From a virus (lineage: Duplodnaviria > Heunggongvirae > Uroviricota > Caudoviricetes), in the IMG/VR virus record IMGVR_UViG_3300034022_000267, positions 64,001-117,174 of that record: a DNA stretch of 53,174 bases; one strand, given 5' to 3'. Shown here piece by piece: positions 44,840 to 51,610 of the stretch. The number at the start of each line of letters is the position of its first letter. The stretch's first letter is position 1. The position numbers were made by a program, and so were the translations under genes. Under the pieces are notes generated by a model. It was not told the DNA's origin and ran no database searches. It saw nothing but the letters and a program-made list of their open reading frames with translations.

Positions 44840-45940
44840 TTAAGCTGGGATATACATTATATAATAACAAGCAAAAACTGGTTGAATATTTGAATGAGGT
44901 AAATTACCTCCTGTAGGTTTATTATCTATTGTTGTAACAACAGTTAAGTTTGTTGATGCTGGAAAAGTTGTTAATCCTGAAGCCAACACTCCATTGTTAT
45001 AAGCTGAAGGACCTCCTGATCCACTTCCTCCTCCTGGTAAATCATGTTGATGAGGTTCTTCTGTAACTACAGAAGCAACAGTGTTTGGATGAAAATGACT
45101 TGGCATTTGTGTAACTCCTAATGTAATTTGATTTGCTCCTTGAGTTGTACTTAAAGCATATGCTGGATTACCATTTACTCCAGGTAGAACTGCAGGATCT
45201 GTTATAGTATTTCCTAACATAGAAGTAGATGTTACTAAAACTCTTCCTCTTAAATCAGGAACTCCTGGGTTAGCTCCATTACATAAAAATATTCTATCCC
45301 ATATACCTAGTCCTGCACCTGATCCATCAAAATTAGCAAATGATCCTCCAGGAGGAAAATAAGGAACTGCAGCATAAGGAACCATTCTGTTACTTATTAA
45401 TTGTTGCGAAGGTGCTGTTGCTAAATAATTTGCTGCATAAGTATTAAAGTCAGTAATTAAAAGATAATTAACTAAATTTGTTGAAATTGTTGATACAGCA
45501 CTATTCAATGTACAAAGATTAGTTATTACTGCTTGTAGAATAGCATGTGTATTTGAAGAAGCTGTTACACCTGTTAAACATCCAATTGTGTAATCTGCAT
45601 TTAATATATCTAATTCACTATTGATACTAGCTACTTCTGTTTCTAAATCACATACTGATTTAATAATAGCTGTTAATATATCATTTAAAGATATTCCTGT
45701 ACATCCTGAACATACAGGAAGGTTGTTATTAATAATTGTACAAAGTATAGAAGGATTTAGTGTTGGGAATATTTCTTCTCCTAATATAAAAGATTGTATA
45801 TAATTAAATATTGTTTCTTCTATAGACAATAAAGTATCACCATTAGTAATACCAAGACCAGGAACATCTACTCCTGTATATTTTACGCACTGATCTGAGA
45901 TAGTTTCAGCACATCCATTAAAGCAATTTGTACAAGACAT
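44840..45940 (-). CDS. Tail fibre protein with tail-collar-like domain
   Basis: N-terminus MSCTNCFNGC..CVKYTG, a coiled coil, then MVPYAAVPY..G.G.WDRIFLCNG..PDLRGR..GANQITL..QMPSH.H..GGNLPHSNIQP..YIM (tail collar / microcystin-dependent-protein type). Confidence 0.75.
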   Translation of the reverse strand: MSCTNCFNGCAETISDQCVKYTGVDVPGLGITNGDTLLSIEETIFNYIQSFILGEEIFPTLNPSILCTIINNNLPVCSGCTGISLNDILTAIIKSVCDLETEVASINSELDILNADYTIGCLTGVTASSNTHAILQAVITNLCTLNSAVSTISTNLVNYLLITDFNTYAANYLATAPSQQLISNRMVPYAAVPYFPPGGSFANFDGSGAGLGIWDRIFLCNGANPGVPDLRGRVLVTSTSMLGNTITDPAVLPGVNGNPAYALSTTQGANQITLGVTQMPSHFHPNTVASVVTEEPHQHDLPGGGSGSGGPSAYNNGVLASGLTTFPASTNLTVVTTIDNKPTGGNLPHSNIQPVFACYYIMYIPA

Positions 45941-45950
45941 AATATATATA

Positions 45951-45975
45951 TTTTATTTTATTTTATTTTATTTTA
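45951..45975. repeat. (TTTTA)5 simple tandem repeat with adjacent (AT)n, filling the intergenic spacer
   Basis: Read directly from the sequence: five perfect TTTTA units, plus ATATATATA at 45942-45950. Confidence 0.9.
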
Positions 45976-47631
45976 TTAATTTAAAACTACATTACCTGAT
46001 CCAATAAGTGCAACTAATGCGTTGTAAGCAACATCACTCGCTGACGTTCGTTTAGGTGTTGAACCACATTTAATTATAAAGTCACTATAAGGGACATAAA
46101 TATAACTAGGTTGAATATCATTTAACAAATTGTCTGTTTCTGTTGAGTTAAACCCTGTCCAACTACCACCAAATGCTGGTTCTATAGTTAAACCTGTATA
46201 GGAAGAAGCCCAAGTTCTACCTGATGAAGAATAACTAAAGTTATTATTACCATTTTGTACAGTAAAACTAATTATTAGTGGTGGTAATAAAAATAAATCA
46301 CCAGTTAAAGTATTAAAGCCTCCTATGCGTATAGCAATTGATGATAATGGTAATGTTGTTATATCACCACTAACTGTATTATTACCAAGTATAAGAGCAA
46401 TCTCTATGTTTGGTGGTAATGTAGATATATTACCACTTATTGTATTATCTCCATCAATTTCACAGATTATAAGTGACCTTGGTAAATTTAAAACAGTTCC
46501 ACTTATTGTGTTATCACCATCAATTCTTAGTTGTCTTACTGAAGGTAAATCAGATGTATCACCACTTATAGTATTAAAACCTCTAATTATCATCGTTGAA
46601 CTTGTCAGCATACGTGGTAAATCAGATGTATCTCCACTAACTGTATTATTACCCTGTAAATCTAGTGTACTAGTTAAAGTGTTTGGAAATCCTGATGTGT
46701 CACCACTAATAGTATTAGTACCATATATACCCATAAGTGTTAAAAATCTTGGTAAATCAAATGTAGTTCCACTAACATCAGTATTTTGAAGAACTAACTC
46801 AGTTATAGTGCGTGGTAAATTTAAAACATTTCCAGTAATAAATAAACCATCATTAGGCCATGCTCTTAAATCATCTAATTGATCTAATTTCTCTAATTCA
46901 CTTGTTGATGTCCATAATGATTGAGAGTTGTGAGGATTTGTTTCTGATTTAAAGGCTGTTATTGACGATAGATCTGTTGATAAAATTTTAATTTGTCCTG
47001 TATATGGTAATAAATATGTGTGAAATATATTAGTTGATCCTGATGGGAATGATTCTATATTACCATCTCCCCAATCTATATAATAAGGAAGTGACGCTGT
47101 TATTCGAAACCCATATATTGGTGTGGTACTACTCACAGTAGGAAAAATTTCAGTAACACCTTCAGCGTTAATTATAAAATCTTCGAGTGGTGCTTCTGTA
47201 GTGGTGGTTGTAGTAGTACTACTTGTACTAGTAGTTGTAGTACTAGTAGAAGTACTGGTACTAGTAGAAGTACTGGTACTTGTACTAGTAGAAGTGCTTG
47301 TACTAGTACTTGTAGATGTTGTTGTAATTCCTGTACCAGAAGTACGACAGCTACAATCTTTTATACATCCAGATGTGAACCTTCTCACTTTACTAGCAAT
47401 CATATTAACAGTGAAATGTCCTGCATAGTTTGGATTACACACCTTGTACTGTAGAATACGTTTATAGTTCAATAAATCAGAAAGTAACTCATGGTTGAAA
47501 GATTTGTTTAGCATAAATACAACATTGTTATATAAGCTAACACTCATCTCTGCAACCTTGCAGTCTATACTTTCAATTAATGAACATATATCTTCGCATT
47601 CTGCACAATTAGTTAATCTAGGTGTTAACAT
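45976..47631 (-). CDS. Tail hub-like N-terminal domain fused via Ser/Thr linker to PKD-like motif and LRR-like solenoid
   Basis: A ~100-aa N-terminus (C..C..C..LNKSF..LLNYKRILQYK) in the hub position, an (ST)n linker, YYIDWGDG..HTY, and about nine ~22-aa repeats of [IV]SGD..xLPxxL..I.G.NT. Confidence 0.65.
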   Translation of the reverse strand: MLTPRLTNCAECEDICSLIESIDCKVAEMSVSLYNNVVFMLNKSFNHELLSDLLNYKRILQYKVCNPNYAGHFTVNMIASKVRRFTSGCIKDCSCRTSGTGITTTSTSTSTSTSTSTSTSTSTSTSTSTSTTTTSTSSTTTTTTTEAPLEDFIINAEGVTEIFPTVSSTTPIYGFRITASLPYYIDWGDGNIESFPSGSTNIFHTYLLPYTGQIKILSTDLSSITAFKSETNPHNSQSLWTSTSELEKLDQLDDLRAWPNDGLFITGNVLNLPRTITELVLQNTDVSGTTFDLPRFLTLMGIYGTNTISGDTSGFPNTLTSTLDLQGNNTVSGDTSDLPRMLTSSTMIIRGFNTISGDTSDLPSVRQLRIDGDNTISGTVLNLPRSLIICEIDGDNTISGNISTLPPNIEIALILGNNTVSGDITTLPLSSIAIRIGGFNTLTGDLFLLPPLIISFTVQNGNNNFSYSSSGRTWASSYTGLTIEPAFGGSWTGFNSTETDNLLNDIQPSYIYVPYSDFIIKCGSTPKRTSASDVAYNALVALIGSGNVVLN

Positions 47632-47744
47632 GATCTAAAAAATTTTAATGCTTTATTTACAGCAGCACGACAAGTTGCGCATAAGCCATCTTTTAATTGA
47701 CACCCACAACCAACATTAGTACCACAAGTTCTACAATTTGCCAT
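47625..47744 (-). CDS. 39-aa Cys-rich mini-protein
   Basis: Below the ORF track cutoff. Manual translation MANCRTCGTNVGCGCQLKDGLCATCRAAVNKALKFFRSC (7 Cys). It fills the gap exactly and overlaps the next start. Confidence 0.7.
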   Translation of the reverse strand: MANCRTCGTNVGCGCQLKDGLCATCRAAVNKALKFFRSC

Positions 47745-47750
47745 TTGATT

Positions 47751-48314
47751 TTAATTAAAGTTGTTTATATAATTATTACCAGAACATCCACAATTATTTC
47801 TTATGAAAGCTGTTAGTGCTTTATCTGCTTGATTATATAGTTTATTTGCATTTACTATTGCACAGTTATTAGCTGCTGCAATTGCTCCTTGAATAAAGAA
47901 ATATATGGAATTTAGTTCCACTTTTGATTGTGTTCTAATTGCACTATCGCACTCCATCATATCAAGTGTCATAAAAGCTTCATCGAATCTCTCTTGAATT
48001 TTATCTGTACGCATAATAGATTTTTCTATAAAGTTTGCATATGCAGGTGCAATGGAATATCTCAAGTGATATACACCATCAGGAAGAGGTTGATTAATGC
48101 CTGCTGATGAAATTCCTAAATTAGCTGACGTAAATGTATTATAACTATTTACATCAAAAGGAATAATTGCAACATTGAATCCAGGAGGAGTTATTTCTAT
48201 TGTTGGAGAAGTAACTACAGGAGGATCTGTTAAATACGTAGAAGTATCAACAACACCAAGTGTTAATGTATTATATGTAGGAACTACTAAGAAATCTAAT
48301 TTTAATGTTGGCAT
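47751..48314 (-). CDS. Putative tail hub protein
   Basis: Likely start MPTLKLDFLV at 48314, since the ATG at 48368 lies inside a terminator hairpin. Has LPDGVYHLRYS then helices ending in NNCGC, and follows the auxiliary capsid gene. Confidence 0.55.
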   Translation of the reverse strand: MPTLKLDFLVVPTYNTLTLGVVDTSTYLTDPPVVTSPTIEITPPGFNVAIIPFDVNSYNTFTSANLGISSAGINQPLPDGVYHLRYSIAPAYANFIEKSIMRTDKIQERFDEAFMTLDMMECDSAIRTQSKVELNSIYFFIQGAIAAANNCAIVNANKLYNQADKALTAFIRNNCGCSGNNYINNFN

Positions 48315-48322
48315 GTTTTTAT

Positions 48323-48369
48323 AATAAATATGCCAGAGGAATATGAGATTTCCTCTTTCCCCTGGCATA
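48323..48369 (-). terminator. Rho-independent terminator-like hairpin after the auxiliary capsid gene
   Basis: Minus-strand 13-bp stem TATGCCAGGGGAA / TTCCTCTGGCATA (48329-48369), followed by TTTATT. Confidence 0.65.
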
Positions 48370-48406
48370 GGTTATTTAATAATAATTTTTTTACTTCTTC
48401 TTATCC

Positions 48407-49606
48407 TTATGGAATGTTAGTAGAAGTTGTAGTAGTAGTTGAAGGAGCAGCAGTACTAGTAGTAGTTGTTGTAATAATACAAGCATTGTTATCTACAACA
48501 GCACCTAAAGCAGCTACTAACACTTCTTCAATGTCAGCAGCAATTGTACCAGTACCTGAAGCAGCATTTGGAACAGCAAGGATTACCATAGAATCTTCCA
48601 TAATGTAATCACCCCATTGGTAAGCAGATTTATCATATTCATTGAATTTGATATAATAAGTATCATATGTAGCACCACTAGATACCCAAGACTCAAAGTT
48701 CTCATTGTAACCAGCCATTCTGTAAAGGTGTTTCAAGTAACCAGCTTGGTAGCTATAGAAGTTTTTCTCTAATTGAGCAATTTCTGCAGATTGTCCTGAA
48801 GCGTAAGAAGCACGTTGTGTGATTACAGAGTTAGCAACAATGTTACAGTTGTCAGCAACAATAAAGTCAGCAGTAGTAGCTGGACCAGAATAAACAAAAG
48901 TTCTAAAAGACATTCTGTCATATTCAAAAGGGAAAGCAGCAACATCACATGGCTGACCATATACTGTTAAAGGTTTTCCAGTAATACGTAAAATAGTACC
49001 ACCTACATTTTCAAATGTAAAGAATGTGTTAAAGCTAATGTTATCAGGATTGATACCAGGAGCTTGTGCAGTTAATTTTGCAATCAATTGATTAATTAAT
49101 GCATTTGCATCAACATCGGTACATGGGTCACCACCACAATCACAACAAGGTGCTTGTACAGTTACTGAACGTGTAAATCCATTGAAATACAATGTATTAA
49201 TGTAAGAAGAGCTAGCACGCAATGTAAGTGTTAATGTATCACCACATTGTACAGAGAAATTAGTTACATCTGTAATTTGATTCGCAGCTGTAGGACATCC
49301 TGATGCTTTGTACCATTCTGTTACGTTAGAGCTGTTAGGTCTAACTGTCTGAGCAGCTCCTGTAAGAGGCAAAGCTCCACCAGCAATTCTGTCAGATCTT
49401 TTAGATCCTTGTAAATAAGTGTTATCTCTACCTTGTGCAATGTAGAAATAAGGAAACGTAGCAATATCTGTGCTATCTACTGTAGCATACAAATTGTTAA
49501 AGATTCCCACAATACCTGGGTCTAGGTCTTGTGTTGAGCCAGAGCTAGGGAGCGTTGCTTGCCCTACTGGAACCACGAATACCGTGGTTAATGAAAAATC
49601 AGCCAT
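48407..49606 (-). CDS. Auxiliary capsid (head decoration) protein, crAss-like, with Thr-rich C-terminal tail
   Basis: 399 aa, beta-rich, three genes downstream of the MCP and followed by a terminator, which suggests high expression. Ends CIITTTTTSTAAPSTTTTTSTNIP. Confidence 0.6.
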   Translation of the reverse strand: MADFSLTTVFVVPVGQATLPSSGSTQDLDPGIVGIFNNLYATVDSTDIATFPYFYIAQGRDNTYLQGSKRSDRIAGGALPLTGAAQTVRPNSSNVTEWYKASGCPTAANQITDVTNFSVQCGDTLTLTLRASSSYINTLYFNGFTRSVTVQAPCCDCGGDPCTDVDANALINQLIAKLTAQAPGINPDNISFNTFFTFENVGGTILRITGKPLTVYGQPCDVAAFPFEYDRMSFRTFVYSGPATTADFIVADNCNIVANSVITQRASYASGQSAEIAQLEKNFYSYQAGYLKHLYRMAGYNENFESWVSSGATYDTYYIKFNEYDKSAYQWGDYIMEDSMVILAVPNAASGTGTIAADIEEVLVAALGAVVDNNACIITTTTTSTAAPSTTTTTSTNIP

Positions 49607-49633
49607 TTTTATTTATTTAAATGTTAATAAAGT

Positions 49634-50365
49634 TTATTCGTTTGTTTGTATTCTATATTGTGCACTTTGAACTGCAGAAGCATTTTCTGTATACATTGCT
49701 AAATTTTGCACTGTAAGATCTAGAAGTTCATCTTCTAAATATAATTCTAATTCACAATCTGTATTAATTGATGGATTGCCATCTAACATTATATATCCTT
49801 CTTTATTTATATAATCAGGATAACGCATGTACATTATATTTAAACTAACTGGTTCAAATGTACCATCTGTAAAAATACTTATTTCATCAGATGCAAGAAT
49901 ATTAAATGTTTCTTGATATTCAAATGAAGGTTTATAATGATCATTATTTAATATAAATTGAAGATCACCATGTTTAGCAAGATCTCGATTAATCCAAATC
50001 TTTCTGTTCTTACATCTTCCTTTATCTGCTAATAGATAACTATCTACATAAAACATATATTCTGGAAAAAGATCATGAACGCTAGCAACCCATTGATTTA
50101 TATTTGGATCTCTTAATGTCAATGTTAGAGGTTGATGGTTATAATCCATTACAAGACTTTGTAAATCTTCATAACGTTTTTTAAATGAATCTTGTCCTAA
50201 TTGACTAACAATACTTATACCATCAATTTTTTGCTTTATTAACTTAATCTGAGCTTCATTTAAAGCTAGGATTTTGTCTTCTAATTGAATTTGTTGATGT
50301 TCATTAGTTGATAGTTTATTTAGTTTCTGATCAATCTTATATAATAAACTATCTACTGGTATCAT
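49634..50365 (-). CDS. Tail ring (tubular) protein, crAss-like gene-74 type
   Basis: KIDQKLNKLST..EDKILALNEAQIKLIKQK..FKKRYEDL and YMRYP..CEL..LEDELLDLTV, two genes after the MCP. Confidence 0.65.
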   Translation of the reverse strand: MIPVDSLLYKIDQKLNKLSTNEHQQIQLEDKILALNEAQIKLIKQKIDGISIVSQLGQDSFKKRYEDLQSLVMDYNHQPLTLTLRDPNINQWVASVHDLFPEYMFYVDSYLLADKGRCKNRKIWINRDLAKHGDLQFILNNDHYKPSFEYQETFNILASDEISIFTDGTFEPVSLNIMYMRYPDYINKEGYIMLDGNPSINTDCELELYLEDELLDLTVQNLAMYTENASAVQSAQYRIQTNE

Positions 50366-50391
50366 ATTCTTTTATATTTTTAAACTAGCTA

Positions 50392-51360
50392 CTAAATAGC
50401 AGCTAGTTTTTTAGTTTTTAATTTACCTTCTAATATTAATAACTCATCTTGGTTATCATCATCAGCAAGGAATCTAATTAAATCTTCTTCATCTTTTGCC
50501 ACTTCATATTCACCTTCATAAACCTTACCGTTAGGTTTGATTCTATATACTGAATGTGCTGTAGCTTGTTTAACAAGATCTTTAATATGTAGAAGGGCAT
50601 CTTTCATGTCAGCAAATCTGTTGAATACTTCAACTGGACTTAATCCTGAATATTTACCATTCTTGAATTCTGTTTGTTTTAACACATTATCAACTAAATT
50701 ATACACAACCTCTTCTTTTGTTTCTTCTGTTACTGGAAGACCTAATAGTCTTGCAACTTTTTTCTTCTTCTCAGGAGACATAGAATCAAACTTAACAATT
50801 GCTTTGTTAATCAATTGTTTTTTCTTGTATATAACAGCATTCTCAATTTCATCATCAACAACATAGAACTGTGTCTCTGCTGGATACTCACCTCTTTCCC
50901 AAGCTTGGTGACTTGAAGCAATTGTGGGATGTACTCTCAACCATGAAAAAGCAATTTCTTGAAAAGCATTTCCTAGATCAAAATAGTTATCACCATCCAT
51001 TAATTTAACAGATTGAACATGTGTTTGATCATCTGGAGAAAGTGACAATCCATAATTCCAGAATTGTGAACGAGGTCCTAAATCAATATCCCCTATTTCC
51101 TCTTCTAATCTTTTTTTAAGATTTGTTACTCTTTCTGTTTCAAGTTGTCTTTCAGTATCATCTTTGATTCGTTTGATGTAAGATGCAGTTGGATCTAATC
51201 CTGTTCTATACTTTCCATCTAATTCTTTGTAAGGATATTTAAAAACTCCTGTACCAGGAATTCTTGTCATTCCTTTTTGTGATAGACCACTGTCCATTGT
51301 TTGCAATTGCGAACTGTTATACTCACGTTTGATTGTAGAGATTTTGCCTGTTTTAGCCAT
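50392..51360 (-). CDS. Conserved crAss-like structural-module protein (gene-75 type)
   Basis: 322 aa immediately downstream of the MCP, with PGTG..YPY..GKYRTGLD, FW..V.L.DG.N.FDL and helical C-terminal domains. Confidence 0.6.
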   Translation of the reverse strand: MAKTGKISTIKREYNSSQLQTMDSGLSQKGMTRIPGTGVFKYPYKELDGKYRTGLDPTASYIKRIKDDTERQLETERVTNLKKRLEEEIGDIDLGPRSQFWNYGLSLSPDDQTHVQSVKLMDGDNYFDLGNAFQEIAFSWLRVHPTIASSHQAWERGEYPAETQFYVVDDEIENAVIYKKKQLINKAIVKFDSMSPEKKKKVARLLGLPVTEETKEEVVYNLVDNVLKQTEFKNGKYSGLSPVEVFNRFADMKDALLHIKDLVKQATAHSVYRIKPNGKVYEGEYEVAKDEEDLIRFLADDDNQDELLILEGKLKTKKLAAI

Positions 51361-51395
51361 AATGTAGTTAAATTTAATAATTGGTTTATTTTAGT

Positions 51396-51600
51396 AGAGT
51401 GGTTCCATCGAAGGAACTTGATCCTGGATACTATCCATACCAAACACTCTTGTTTACTATTTTAAAGTGCAGGTGCTAAGGCAAATGCTTAGTTGGGCAC
51501 TATTTGAGATCAATCCCCTCTAGGAGGGAGAGGAGGTGAGGGGATCTTTCTCGGAAATAAGAGATGTATGCTGTTCTATAATGGGAAGCAATACACCTTC
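51396..51600 (-). ncRNA. Structured intergenic RNA element (four consecutive GC-rich hairpin domains)
   Basis: Stems read by eye: 51561-51600; 51506-51552 (9-bp inner stem, 17-nt C/U loop); 51467-51500; and 51396-51450 (branched, closed by AGAGUG/CACUCU). GC content is much higher than in other intergenic spacers. Confidence 0.6.
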
Positions 51601-51610
51601 AATTTTATTA

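Noticed and set aside
47197-47330. Near-tandem 18-24 nt repeats that might suggest a CRISPR array
   Set aside because: They encode the (ST)n/poly-Thr linker in frame. There are no unique spacers and no cas genes.
988-48368. Longest-ORF starts at 1068, 43436 and 48368
   Set aside because: Each extension overlaps an upstream gene or a terminator hairpin. Internal ATGs at 987, 43382 and 48314 give N-termini that match paralogs or sit after A-rich leaders.
3888-50394. Stop-codon reassignment (TAG or TGA), known in some crAss-like phages
   Set aside because: Very long ORFs are intact in the standard code. TAA, TAG (5491, 50392) and TGA (3888, 4388) all end genes at points where the next gene or spacer begins.
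51396-51450. Canonical tRNA gene or known self-cleaving ribozyme
   Set aside because: There is no D-arm/anticodon cloverleaf, the T-like loop is 6 nt, and there is no CCA. No hammerhead (CUGANGA/GAAA) core was seen, and I could not match HDV-like cores by eye.
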